A DNA stretch of 63,452 nt, the filler included. It is 3 parts of 3 records of this genome, joined end to end, with 100 filler letters (N's around TTAATTAATTAA, not from the genome) between each part and the next. Parts side by side here need not be neighbours in the genome. Positions count along the whole stretch, not along the records: positions 22,414 to 49,463 come from SRR31156797_23914; 2 more parts are not named here. One strand, written 5' to 3'. This document shows positions 37,801 through 47,586 of the stretch, in pieces; position 1 is the stretch's first letter; each line of letters begins with the position of its first letter. Made by a program: the position numbers and the translations under genes. The notes beneath the pieces are model-generated. The model made no database searches. It was not told where the DNA came from and saw only the letters and a list, made by a program, of their open reading frames with translations.

Positions 37801-39381
37801 ATCGACAAGGGTGGATTCGGAGGCTATGTCAGCGAACTGGGGTTACACGATTTGATCGCCTTGACAAATTCGGTCGCAAAGGCGACCGGCGGCAAGCCTG
37901 CCGACCCGAAGAAAATCGCCGATATCAAATTGACCAAGGTTGATCTTGCCTTCGCGTCACCGGGCGTCGATGTACCTGAGTTGAAACTGGTCGGCGGCGG
38001 CATGCGGCTGGCCGGCGATCTGTGGTTCCTGATCAAAAAAGAACCGCTGGGTCAATTCAAGGCCCAGATCGATGAAACCGGTCTGGTCATGAACGGCAAG
38101 ATGGCGAACTTCAAGGTCGGCCCAATCGGCATGAAAAATACGGCCCTTGATGTTGCGGCCAGCACATCAATCCCGCCAACCCCGCCTCATTTCAAAATAA
38201 AAGGGGAAGTGGACCTCTTTAAGGCGAGCCTTGGCGGCTCTTACAGTGCAGAGCTTAACAAAATCAGTTTTGGCACATTCCTGAATGATCCGCCGCTGAT
38301 CGTCATCGATATCGCCGCGGAAGCCGGAACCGATAAGCTCGAATTTACGCCAGCCGAATTGGCGACGTTTGATATGTCTCTCAAGGCGGAACTGAAATCC
38401 GACCTGCCGAAATGGCTCAGAACCGACGGCAAGAAAGTCGTCAGTGCGACCTTCGATTCCATTTCCGGTACGATCAAAGGCTTGGAGACCGACCTCAAGA
38501 ACGCCAAGGACAAGGTGGCGACGCTCGATACGCAAATTGCGGCGACCCGGGCTGAGGTTAAAAAGGAAAAGCTGGCAACGGACAAAGCGCTGACGGCGGC
38601 AAAAGCCAAAGTCAAATCGGTTCAGGGAACCGTCGATTCGCTCAATAAATCCGTGAAGAACCTGAATAAAGACATCAAAAAATGCAATCAAAAGAGGAAG
38701 GTTTGCGCGTGGTACGACATCATCAAAAAGAAATGGACACACTGCAAAAGAGTTCCTGACCTGGGTGCGATCGCCAAATGTGAGGCGAAAAACGCCAAAT
38801 ACGGAACCGAATTGATCGCCGCTCAGGCTTCGTTGAAAACGGCGCAAGCCGCGTTGGCGGCGGCCCAGCTTACGTTGACCGGCCTTCAAGAGGGCAACAA
38901 GGTCGATACGACCGATCTTGATCCGCGCGTCGCCCCTTTGATCGCCGCCAAGGTAACGGCGGAGAAAACGCTTGAACTCGCCCAGGCTTCCGCCGCCGGC
39001 GCCGCCGACGCGACCGACAAAATGAACAAGGCGTTGACCGCCTTCGGAAAGGCAAACGTCTTTGTGCTAAAGGAAGGGCTGATCCAGGGAAGCCTGACCG
39101 GAATGATAAAAGGCAAACCGGTGGTTCTGGGGATGAGTTTCGAACTCCTTGGCAAATCCTACCACAATGCCTTTGCCTTCAGCGCCACCGATCCGGCCTT
39201 TACGGCCGAGCAACTGGGCACGCTGGCCACGTATATGGCGATCAAGATCGTCGAAGTGGCTCACAAGAACGACCCGGCATCAAAGACATTGTTGGGCTTG
39301 TTGCACGACGCTTACGCCAAAATGCATGATGCGTCGGAAAAGAAGCTGAAAGCGGTGATGAAGGCCAACGGCTTGGAGTAA
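34846..39381 (+). CDS. Large (1511 aa) secreted protein of unknown function, about three ~310-aa repeats plus a C-terminal coiled coil
   Basis: GGAGG RBS, signal peptide ending ASA|Q, uninterrupted 4.5-kb ORF, internal repeats (see findings). Confidence 0.85.
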   Translation: MQKINLVGSVFFFSFLIGILAAPLDASAQINKEKLEALMQGQSAAHHIEMALKELTGWDVPGLEGVKIKGVRTGHNFFSGELPAVAGGKIKPKVVGFKSGQQHKYTVGIVVERVNLADFSSALRNTPLHDLTIQSLQLISVPPENANQSTPIPSELRNDLGSSPVRKPAGTSFTAQTKLIGPAGALVNMLGVSARPFPIAGSIDPGLFAGKITGSQLKQEFLKRLDITLPLPSLNPRWRPTFISFRKSALRIVGSGSSIAMRVDTGIDLKLDKTLRFSPATVTYDGNKKVLSIEASLAKGSPNLSLPIHGASVSGLKFSAEIGGGQPEFALDGHIGINKKDHTFSTEITGRTKAEYVLKFGGAFTLADLGAPDVPGLDKVSVTDPVISNIVSSGDIQIGTVDASVFVFKPEGRHKPVVAVIPKSNALTDFVPALKPTPLADLKFKLLAFLIAPGENAGIKIRLPDDLFRKTGVGSVVLKPGVNLRGSTEIIGKSAQLLKRFNLPSKVGKVHGTFDPSIFQQPKSLTKAFVAQLDLKIPIQDLKLPGVRLSEPALRIKGYDDGIGAKMTATVKASIAGESLDFEDVEIEVAEHGGQKTYHLAGTSHKNWSKALGISWLSIRNLGLDAKLGAEKSISISGLTSVGKVHDLTASIDLSVAGGNVDDYGIALTGAPIPLDAFPGFHELPHTDGFALQDVVISRREIAGTTLTKKIKLLDGLRTVVFKVGERWSFAMLRPNLTFADLIPLKGPAEKVLKKIKMDEAAIVVSTAGLNNPLSDLPPAARAAMEKIYGTNDRLEHLHLTNGLNLVAAIDPKHFGKALSDLSGKGGTPLAFSGGIGGLFGGPPSIDIAASIPRIEMPKSLHFLELPTELQTSFFVRIQEDLTDFGIELATLLDVKTKRQKVKFDTTLDFEIDTEGGLAIDVQGRTDSVWKNALGIKGFNLDPGTRMEIKVGASTQVDVTFVGKSHIGRKEVDVTATVGVIGGETIDKGGFGGYVSELGLHDLIALTNSVAKATGGKPADPKKIADIKLTKVDLAFASPGVDVPELKLVGGGMRLAGDLWFLIKKEPLGQFKAQIDETGLVMNGKMANFKVGPIGMKNTALDVAASTSIPPTPPHFKIKGEVDLFKASLGGSYSAELNKISFGTFLNDPPLIVIDIAAEAGTDKLEFTPAELATFDMSLKAELKSDLPKWLRTDGKKVVSATFDSISGTIKGLETDLKNAKDKVATLDTQIAATRAEVKKEKLATDKALTAAKAKVKSVQGTVDSLNKSVKNLNKDIKKCNQKRKVCAWYDIIKKKWTHCKRVPDLGAIAKCEAKNAKYGTELIAAQASLKTAQAALAAAQLTLTGLQEGNKVDTTDLDPRVAPLIAAKVTAEKTLELAQASAAGAADATDKMNKALTAFGKANVFVLKEGLIQGSLTGMIKGKPVVLGMSFELLGKSYHNAFAFSATDPAFTAEQLGTLATYMAIKIVEVAHKNDPASKTLLGLLHDAYAKMHDASEKKLKAVMKANGLE

Positions 39382-39565
39382 TTCGGGCCGGAGGATTGTC
39401 AGACTGAATCGACCCAGCCTCCAAAAAGCCGGCATCTGGGCGTCACGGACTGGACGATGGGAGGAGGAAAACGGGGACGTCTGCAAAAAAGCAGTTAAAC
39501 CGCCGAAGCGACGGTGTTCGTCCGGCCGAACCGAAGCGCTGGTCTGTCGGTGGCGATCGTTCGAA

Positions 39566-40693
39566 TTAGGCGTCGTTTTCCTGAATGAAATCCATGTCGA
39601 GTTCCAGCCCGAGGCCGGGGAGGTCGGGGATTTCCATAAACCCGGCGACCGGCAGCGGCGCATTTTTGAACACCCGGGCGGTGATCTCTTCGAAAATCTG
39701 CAGGCGTTCGAGGAACAGGGCGTTGGGGGCGGCGCTGACCAGATGGATATGCATGTTTTCCATCGCATGCGGCGCGAATTTGAGGTTCCACGCCTGGGTC
39801 AGGGCGGCGATCTTCAGCATTTCCGTATAGCCGCCGGCGCGCGTTCCGTCGGCCTGGACGATATCGGCCGCCTCGGCGAGGATCAGGTCGCGAATGCCGT
39901 ACTTGGTGTATTCGTGCTCGCCGGTGGCGAGCGGTATGTCGGTGCCGCGCTTGAAACGCGCCAGTCCGGGAATATCGTCGGCAAGCACGGGTTCCTCGAG
40001 CAGGAAAATGTCGCACTCGCGAATTGTGTTGGCGAACTGCACGGCGGTCGCCGCGTCCCAGCAGTTGTTGGCATCCAACAGCAATTTGATGTCGGGCCCA
40101 AGGGCGTCACGCACCTTGCGCACGCGCTCGGCGTCGCGCCGCGGGTTTTTGCCGCCTTCGACGCCGACCTTGAACTTGACCATGCCGTATCCTTGGGCGA
40201 CGAATTGGCGCATCTCTTCGACCAGGGCGTCGTCGCTGAAAGACGTCCAGCCGCCGCTGGCGTAGACCGGAATGGTCGTGCGCGCGCCGCCGAGCAGCTT
40301 ATATAGCGGAAGCCCGACGATCTTGCCCTTGAGGTCCCACAACGCAATGTCGATCGCACTGATCGCGGCGAAGGAAAGGCCCTTGCGTCCGACCCCGCGC
40401 AGATAGTGGAATAGCTCTTCCCAGATGACCTCGGTTTCCAGCGGATCCCGTCCCCGCAGCTTCGGCGCGATGTTGTTGAGGATGAGGCTCTTGGTCGCCT
40501 CGCCGCCGACTTCGTGGTAGGTGAGGCCGATCCCCTCAAGGCCCGCGTCCGTTGTCACCCGGACGATCGTGTATCCGATCGTTTCGACCTTTCGTGTCGC
40601 GTCGGCAAAACCGCCGGCGACCGGAAGGGACACGAGGTGGACGTCGACCCTGGCTATCTTCTGGGACTTGGTGTCGGAGCTTACGGTGTTCAT
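39566..40693 (-). CDS. Mandelate racemase-subgroup enolase-superfamily enzyme (probable sugar-acid dehydratase)
   Basis: SAIDIALWDL.GK, KFK, LLDAN, EEP, TGE, QAD, APH. Start ATG 40693. Confidence 0.88.
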   Translation of the reverse strand: MNTVSSDTKSQKIARVDVHLVSLPVAGGFADATRKVETIGYTIVRVTTDAGLEGIGLTYHEVGGEATKSLILNNIAPKLRGRDPLETEVIWEELFHYLRGVGRKGLSFAAISAIDIALWDLKGKIVGLPLYKLLGGARTTIPVYASGGWTSFSDDALVEEMRQFVAQGYGMVKFKVGVEGGKNPRRDAERVRKVRDALGPDIKLLLDANNCWDAATAVQFANTIRECDIFLLEEPVLADDIPGLARFKRGTDIPLATGEHEYTKYGIRDLILAEAADIVQADGTRAGGYTEMLKIAALTQAWNLKFAPHAMENMHIHLVSAAPNALFLERLQIFEEITARVFKNAPLPVAGFMEIPDLPGLGLELDMDFIQENDA

Positions 40694-41337
40694 GTTGTCA
40701 TCCGGTTGATCGAGAAATCCGTGCGCAGGATCAGGGTAACGCCTGGGCGCCTTTGTTTGTGGAAAAGTTGTTTGTTTTATCCGCCCGTTAAGGGCTTCGG
40801 GGCAACGGTAGTTGGTGTCTCGGTCATCGGCAACCATGCGGGTGAGGTGCCGATGCCCGGAGTCCCGCTTGCGGGGCGCTCAAGACGGCATGCTCCGCCA
40901 TACATCCAAGGCGGCACAACCAGAAAAACAGGATGAAACCGGATTATCCGTATTCGGTTTCCGGATCGGACAACCAAACGCGTAGGTTGGTGACACGTTT
41001 ATGTCGATGCAATCATAAAGAGATTTCAGTCCCTCTGAGCCGGGTGTGCCGGCTCCATTTCGGACAAGACCATTGTCCTTTAAAACCCGTGAATATTAGC
41101 CTTCCGGGCCATGATCGATGGACTTTGGGATAAAAACCCGCCATGATTGTGGTCGAATTCCCGCTGACCTGCCGGCAAGACCGGACTGTAATGAATACAC
41201 AATCCGCCCGATGGATTGCCGCGCATCATGCATGAACGGACGTATTGGCACGGGACCGATTTGGCAGACGGACCGGACCAGGCTCCTTAGGAGCGGGTCT
41301 TCCGTGTCGACTGGAGAAGGAAACGAAGGAGGAACGA

Positions 41338-42492
41338 ATGCTTGAAAAACGGAAGTTTATCATGCCGGCCGTAAGCTTGATCGGGCCCGGCGTCCTGTCG
41401 GATGCCGGGGTCGAAATCAAGGCACTGGGCTTGAAAAAGGCACTGGTTGTCAGCGACGCCGAACTGACCCGTCTGGGCATTGTTAGGAAGATCACGGACG
41501 TTCTGGACCGGAACGACATCGCCTATGCCATCTTCGACAAGGTCATGCCCAATCCGACCTGCGCCTGCATCCATGAGGGAGTTGCCCAATACAACAGCGG
41601 CGGTTGCGACTTTCTCGTCTCGCTGGGTGGCGGCTCGCCCCAGGATGCGGCAAAGGCCATCGGCATTGTCGTGGCAAACGGCGGCGATATCCGCGAATTC
41701 GAAGGCCTTCACAAGTCGGCGCTGAAGGCGCCGCCGATTGTCGCCATCAACACCACCGCCGGGACCGCTTCGGAAGTGACCATCAACTATGTGATCACCG
41801 ACGAGACCCGGCACATCAAAATGGTGATGGTGGACAAGAATTCGCTGGCGACGTTGGCGGTGTCGGATCCCGAACTGATGGTCGACAAGCCGCCGGCACT
41901 GACTGCGGCCACCGGGATGGACGCTCTGACGCATGCGGTCGAAGCGTTTCTGTCGACCGGCGCCTTCGATTTGAGCGATGCCCTGGCCCTTGAATCCATT
42001 CGCCTGATCGCCGGCAACCTGGAAAAAGCGGTTCGCGACGGCAAGGATATGGAAGCACGCAGCGCGATGGCCTGGGCATCCTTCGTCGTCGGCATGTCGT
42101 TCAACAATGCCGGCCTCGGATACGTTCATTCGATGGCGCATCAACTCGGCGGCCTCTACGACCTGCCGCATGGGGTTTGCAACGCCATACTGCTGCCTCA
42201 CGTGGAACGGTTCAACGCCCCGGCCTGTCGGGAAAAGCTGGCGAAAATGGCCGGAGCTTTCGGCGTTGATACCCGGGACATGACCACGGAGAAAGCAAGC
42301 GACGCGGTCCTCGATGCCATTGCCGACCTGAACCGCCGGGTCGGCATCCCCGCCGGCCTCGAGGAACTCGGCGTGCGCAAGGAAGACATCCCGCTGATGG
42401 CGGCCAATGCGATGGAGGATATCTGCAAAGGAACGAACCCGCGTCCGGTCACCTTGGAGGACACCGTCCGGATATACGAGAACGCCCTCTGA
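41338..42492 (+). CDS. Iron-containing alcohol dehydrogenase (YiaY/DhaT/FucO-like)
   Basis: GGGSPQD.AK, NTTAGTASE, GMDALTHAVE, HSMAHQLGG.YDLPHG. GGAGG RBS before ATG 41338. Confidence 0.92.
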   Translation: MLEKRKFIMPAVSLIGPGVLSDAGVEIKALGLKKALVVSDAELTRLGIVRKITDVLDRNDIAYAIFDKVMPNPTCACIHEGVAQYNSGGCDFLVSLGGGSPQDAAKAIGIVVANGGDIREFEGLHKSALKAPPIVAINTTAGTASEVTINYVITDETRHIKMVMVDKNSLATLAVSDPELMVDKPPALTAATGMDALTHAVEAFLSTGAFDLSDALALESIRLIAGNLEKAVRDGKDMEARSAMAWASFVVGMSFNNAGLGYVHSMAHQLGGLYDLPHGVCNAILLPHVERFNAPACREKLAKMAGAFGVDTRDMTTEKASDAVLDAIADLNRRVGIPAGLEELGVRKEDIPLMAANAMEDICKGTNPRPVTLEDTVRIYENAL

Positions 42493-42747
42493 AGAGGCGC
42501 ACCGTCATCGGGTATTGTCACGGAAACCGGTTGCGGAACGGGCGGAGGCTGGATGGTTTCGGCGAAAGCCTCCGGCGCTATCTCGTCTCCCGTCGCTTCG
42601 CCCGATGTCATCGTTTTCCGGCGGCAATCGCCGCCAGGGCAACGCCCGCAGGTCAACGGGACGCGGCAGAACGGCTTTCGGTTGTGGTTGAGTTCGATGC
42701 CGCGATGGAGGCATTCTGCCAAGTGTCGAATGAAGAAGGGCGGGGGG

Positions 42748-44346
42748 ATGAACGGCGTGACGGTCACCTATCTGATTGGACTTGATTACGGTACGCAATC
42801 GGCGCGCGGCGTTCTCATCGACGCCGCCACCGGCGAGCAGGCGGCCAGCCGCGAGCACCGATATCGTCACGGCGTGATGGACCAGTCTTTGCCGGACGGC
42901 ACGCCGTTGCCGCGGGCCTGGGCGCTTCAGAATGCCGCCGACTATACCGAGGCGGCGGAAGACATCCTCGGAACGCTTGGCCGCGGTCGGCATATCGGTT
43001 CGATCGGCATCGATTTTACCGCCAGTTCGCCGATGCCGGCGGCGATGGACGGAACGCCGCTTTCGCAAACTCGTCCGCAGGAGCCTCATGCCTACGTCAA
43101 GCTCTGGAAACACGGTGCCGCCCATGCTTATGCCGAGGCAATAAACGGCGATGGCGGAAGTTTCCTCGATAACTTCGGCGGCAAGGTATCGGGTGAATGG
43201 CTGCTGGCGAAAGCCGCCCAGATCGAACGGGAGGCGCCTTCCGTTTGGGCGGATACCGGCCGGTTTATCGAGGCTGGCGACTGGCTGGTCTGGCAATTGA
43301 CGGGAAACGAGGTCCGAAGCCTGGGATTTGCCGCCTACAAGGCGCAGTACGCCGAAGGAACGGGGTATCCCAGGAACGTCGTTCCCGGCCTTGGCGAGCG
43401 GCTTGCCGAACCGCACCGGATCGGCTCGCCGGCCGGCAGTCTTTCTGGGTCCTGGCGGCAACGCACCGGGATCGACGGCCCGGCGGTCGTTGCCGTCGCC
43501 GCAATCGATTCACATGCGGTTCTGCCGGCGGTCGGCGGCGTCACCAACGGTTGTTTCGTCGGCGCGCTTGGCACATCCGCCGTTTATTTGTTTCTCGCCA
43601 CGGATTTCCGGCCGCTGCCCCGGGGGATCGAAGGGGTCGCCAAGGATGGATCGGTGCGGGAATTCTGGTGCTACGAGGCCGGGCAATCGGGTTTCGGCGA
43701 TACGCTTGCATGGTTTGTCGGGGCCTTTCCACGGGCGAACGATCCGGCCGAAAGCTTCCGCATCTACAACAAAGAGGCGGCCGAACTGAAGCCGGGCGAG
43801 AGCCATCTGCTGGCCCTCGACTGGTGGAACGGCAATCGGGTGCCGCTTGCCGATACCGGCCTCAGCGGATTGCTGCTGGGCCTGACGACACGAACGACCG
43901 CCGCCGAAATCTATCGCTCATTGATCGAATCCCTGTGTTTCGGCGCGCGAACGGTGATCGATCTGTTCGAGGAAGGCGATCTCACCATCGACAGCGTCAT
44001 CCTGACCAGCGGCCTGGCGCTCAACAATCCGCTGCTCGTGCAGATCATGGCCGACGTCTTCGGTCGTTCCGTCGACGTTCCCAAGATCGAAAACGCGACC
44101 GCCGTCGGCGCCGCCATTCACGGGGCGGTCGCCGGGGGCATCGTGCCGGACTATCCGGAAGGCGCCGCGCGTTTCGGCGCCCGCGAATTCAGGGGGTATC
44201 GTCCGAGGCAGGAATACGCCGTCGTCTATGAGGCGCTTTATCGGAACTATCGGGCGTTGTGCGCCGATCCGACGGCACGGTCCGCCATGCACGACCTCAA
44301 CCGGATCGCTTCCGACGGCACGATCGCCGCGGGTACCGAAAATTGA
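42748..44346 (+). CDS. FGGY carbohydrate kinase, ribulokinase-like
   Basis: IGLDYGT.SAR, GIDFTA, HAYVKLWKH, EAGQ..FGD, LALDWWNGNR. Confidence 0.85.
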   Translation: MNGVTVTYLIGLDYGTQSARGVLIDAATGEQAASREHRYRHGVMDQSLPDGTPLPRAWALQNAADYTEAAEDILGTLGRGRHIGSIGIDFTASSPMPAAMDGTPLSQTRPQEPHAYVKLWKHGAAHAYAEAINGDGGSFLDNFGGKVSGEWLLAKAAQIEREAPSVWADTGRFIEAGDWLVWQLTGNEVRSLGFAAYKAQYAEGTGYPRNVVPGLGERLAEPHRIGSPAGSLSGSWRQRTGIDGPAVVAVAAIDSHAVLPAVGGVTNGCFVGALGTSAVYLFLATDFRPLPRGIEGVAKDGSVREFWCYEAGQSGFGDTLAWFVGAFPRANDPAESFRIYNKEAAELKPGESHLLALDWWNGNRVPLADTGLSGLLLGLTTRTTAAEIYRSLIESLCFGARTVIDLFEEGDLTIDSVILTSGLALNNPLLVQIMADVFGRSVDVPKIENATAVGAAIHGAVAGGIVPDYPEGAARFGAREFRGYRPRQEYAVVYEALYRNYRALCADPTARSAMHDLNRIASDGTIAAGTEN

Positions 44347-44440
44347 GAAAACAGGGGATCGATCGGCCGCGGGATACGACCGGACTATGATGCCGTTTTG
44401 GTGTCGGCCTCGGCAGGGAACCAACACCGTCAAATGCCCG

Positions 44441-45109
44441 TCAATACCGTCCGACTTCAATCGGCCGTTCGGTTGCGATCGCGGTCAGGCGCCGTCGCCA
44501 GGTCTCCAGTTCGGCTGCCCGCTCCTCATCGCTTAAGCGGACCGGCCCGTATACGATCTGCGGCGCCAAGACGTCGAATCCGATGAACTGAAGCATCCCG
44601 CGGTGGACCGGCCGCAGGATAGCCTCGATGGCGCCGTTATTGCCGCCGTCGGTGTATGCCGTTGCCGGGCCGCCGGTGGTTAGGGAGAGCAGGGCGCGCT
44701 TTCCTTTTTTTGGCCCGGTCGCATATTTCATGCCGTTGCCGTAGAACCGGCCCTTGGCGTACACCCGGTCGACCCAGCCTTTGAGGATGGCGGGCAACCC
44801 GAACCACCACAGCGGGAATTGCCAGATCATCAGGTCGCAGACTTCCAGCTTCCGCATTTCCGCTTCCAGCTCGTCGCTGAATCCTCCGACTTCGACCGCA
44901 TATCCTTCCTCGATCTGCGGCTTGAAATAGCAGGCGTCCTTGACCGAGGTGAAATTGTCGCGCGTCGAGCGCGGATCGAACCCGATGTCATAGAGATCCG
45001 AAACCATCACCTCGTGCCCGGCCGCGGCCAGCGCCTGTTCGGCGGTCCGCGCCATTGCGCCGTTGAAGCTCTTTGGCTCGGGATGGGCCAGCACCATAAG
45101 TACCTTCAT
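44441..45109 (-). CDS. Flavodoxin-fold NAD(P)H:quinone oxidoreductase
   Basis: AHPEPKSFN, SDLY, QFPLWWFGLPAILKGWVDRV, TTGG. Confidence 0.9.
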   Translation of the reverse strand: MKVLMVLAHPEPKSFNGAMARTAEQALAAAGHEVMVSDLYDIGFDPRSTRDNFTSVKDACYFKPQIEEGYAVEVGGFSDELEAEMRKLEVCDLMIWQFPLWWFGLPAILKGWVDRVYAKGRFYGNGMKYATGPKKGKRALLSLTTGGPATAYTDGGNNGAIEAILRPVHRGMLQFIGFDVLAPQIVYGPVRLSDEERAAELETWRRRLTAIATERPIEVGRY

Positions 45110-45486
45110 CGCCGTCTCCGGGTTTCAATGGCAAATCAATCCATTCCGCCGGCTCCCGGGTCGATGGGGGCATCGTCCAGGCTTTCGCCATGAAGTATAG
45201 GCCGCAACGTTTCCAATTGGGAGCCGTTCTATATTCGTTTTATCGGAGATTCCCGTGTCTATACAACGGGAGAAAAAGAAGTATCCGCAATACGGGAAAT
45301 ACCTATGCGCTGACCATGGCCATACGGGAGACGAAACAGAGTCTTATCGATAGCATTTGCAGATCGTAAAGAAACTTTTTTTGTATTGGACTTAAAAATT
45401 TTACTCGATTTACTGGAAGATGGACTGTTTTCGCACGGCTAGGCGAAAACGGTTTCTTATGGCAGCCCAGTCAATGGAGAAATTTA

Positions 45487-46224
45487 ATGAATAAAACTCA
45501 GCGACATAAAGGGTCCGCGGGGCGGCTATCCGACGACCGGATCGGCTCGGTGCCGAAGCGCGTCGACAAGTCGGTCATCGAGCGTTTCAGGAAGCTCAAC
45601 GATTTGGCGGGAACGGTCTCGGATATCCTTGATGACATGGGTATTCTCGGCAGCTTCGGGTCTTCGGAATTGATCCAAACGATTCCGGACTCGCGAATTG
45701 TCGGGACCGCCATCACCGTTCGCAACGTTCCGCAGCACAAGGACGTATTCGTCAACACGAAGGAACGCAACAATCTGATGACGGAAATCGAGGGCATCCA
45801 CCAGGCCGATCCCGGGGATGTGCTCGTCATCGAAGGGGTTCGCCACATATCCAACATGGGCGGCATCATGGCAACCGTTGCCAAACGGCAGGGAATAGTC
45901 GGCGCCATTGTCGACGGCGGTGTCCGCGACGTTCGCCAGTCCCGGTCGCTCGGCTTTCCCATTTGGTCGCGGGATATCTCGCCCGTCACCGGCAAGTGGC
46001 GGATCGTTACCGAAGAAATTAACGGCAAAGTCACCATCAACGGAATGACGGTTTGCGCCGGTGATCTCGTGATTGCCGACGAAACCGGAATTTGTTTCGT
46101 GCCGCACGATCTCATCGAGGAGGTTCTCGAGAAGTGCGAGGCCACCGACGACAAGGAGGAGAAATGGACGAAGGCCTTGGACGAGGGGCTTAGCATTCCG
46201 GATCTGGTGAAAAAGATCTTCTGA
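45487..46224 (+). CDS. RraA / HMG-CHA aldolase family protein
   Basis: VSD.LD, G.A.TV, PGDVLVI, MGG.MA, IVDGGVRD, GDLVIADETG. Confidence 0.85.
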   Translation: MNKTQRHKGSAGRLSDDRIGSVPKRVDKSVIERFRKLNDLAGTVSDILDDMGILGSFGSSELIQTIPDSRIVGTAITVRNVPQHKDVFVNTKERNNLMTEIEGIHQADPGDVLVIEGVRHISNMGGIMATVAKRQGIVGAIVDGGVRDVRQSRSLGFPIWSRDISPVTGKWRIVTEEINGKVTINGMTVCAGDLVIADETGICFVPHDLIEEVLEKCEATDDKEEKWTKALDEGLSIPDLVKKIF

Positions 46225-46455
46225 GCAGCGCAATTGCCCGGGCGACCGGGATTCGCCGGCGGGTGCCGTTCGCGGCGGTTTCGCCGCTACGAAGGTTTTT
46301 TCGTGCTCGAGCGAGCGGAACGCCGGATTGGTTCGCAGGGTTCAAGACGCGGAAGACGGTTCGAGCCCGTGCCAACACCGCAAGACATTCGAAAAGGAGG
46401 AGATTTCGAGACTGCTTGTTAAACGGTTGTCCATACTGAAAATGGAGGAACTGAA

Positions 46456-47448
46456 ATGAAAATCTTAGGGAAGTGCTTTCACGTTTTCACAACGGTTTTA
46501 TTTCTGGGGCTGACCTTTCTGACGGTTCCACAAGACGCCTACGCGGAGGACAAATATCCGTCGCGTTCGGTACAGCTTATCATCCCATATCCGCCCGGCG
46601 GATCCGATGCCCTGGGCCGGAAAATCGCGGCAACGATGTCCAAAAACATCGGCGCCCGCCTCGTGGTTGCCAACGTTCCCGGCGCGTCGACGCAGGTCGC
46701 CAGCCGAATGGTTTCCGAAGCCAGACCGGACGGCTACACGATCTATGTATCGAGCCCGCCCGAGTTCGTTATGGGACCGGCCTTGTACGAGAGCCTGCCG
46801 TTTGATCCGATGAAGGACTTCACGTTGATTTCGTATCACGCGCAAGTCCCGTATCTGCTGCTGATCAACACCCAAATTCCGGTCAAGACATACGCCGAAC
46901 TCATCACCTATATCAAAAATAACCAGGATACGTTCCGGTGGGGCTCCTACGGCTCTCTGTCGCAATCGGATATTATTGCCCGACGGTTCCGCAAAGCGAT
47001 CGGCATCGACTTCGATATCGTTCCCTACAGCGGCGGCTCGCCTTCGTTCAACGCCCTTCTGGCGGGCGAGATCCACGCACTGTTCGGAACGCCGATTCCG
47101 ACCCGTGGGTTCATCGCGGACGGAAAGATGCTGCCGCTGGCCGTTACCACGAGCGAGCGCCTGGGGCTGTTCCCGGACGCACCGACATTGATGGAAATGG
47201 GTGTCGATATCGATGACGCGGCTTCGTACGGGCTGGTCGGTCCGGCCGGACTGCCGAGGGACATCGTCGATTTCTGGCAACAGGAATGGAAGAAGGCGAT
47301 GAACGAGCCCGAAACGCGCAAGTTCATCGAAGCGATGGGCGTCCAGATCGTTGCAAGCACTCCCGAGTACTATACGGAGTGGCTGCAGAAGAACACCAAG
47401 ATGTGGGCCGATCTTTCCAAATCGCTTGGGCTTGGAAAGAAGAAGTAA
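46456..47448 (+). CDS. tctC: TctC/Bug tripartite tricarboxylate transporter binding protein
   Basis: Signal peptide, YP.R....IIPYPPGG.D, N.PGA, PDGYT, VPY.GG, P..PTL.E.G. Confidence 0.9.
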   Translation: MKILGKCFHVFTTVLFLGLTFLTVPQDAYAEDKYPSRSVQLIIPYPPGGSDALGRKIAATMSKNIGARLVVANVPGASTQVASRMVSEARPDGYTIYVSSPPEFVMGPALYESLPFDPMKDFTLISYHAQVPYLLLINTQIPVKTYAELITYIKNNQDTFRWGSYGSLSQSDIIARRFRKAIGIDFDIVPYSGGSPSFNALLAGEIHALFGTPIPTRGFIADGKMLPLAVTTSERLGLFPDAPTLMEMGVDIDDAASYGLVGPAGLPRDIVDFWQQEWKKAMNEPETRKFIEAMGVQIVASTPEYYTEWLQKNTKMWADLSKSLGLGKKK

Positions 47449-47586
47449 GCAGCAGGAATCTCGAAGCGGGGTGCGCGCCACGGCTTGTGCGCATCCCGTA
47501 TCGGGACATACGGTCATCCCGGTTTTCTCGCGGGAGATCGTGGAATCGGCGCGCCAGATCACGCAGATTCTGGGGGAAACGAAACA

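Noticed and set aside
41245-41265. TGGCAC upstream of the Fe-ADH gene as a sigma-54 promoter
   Set aside because: There is no TTGC -12 element at the required spacing.
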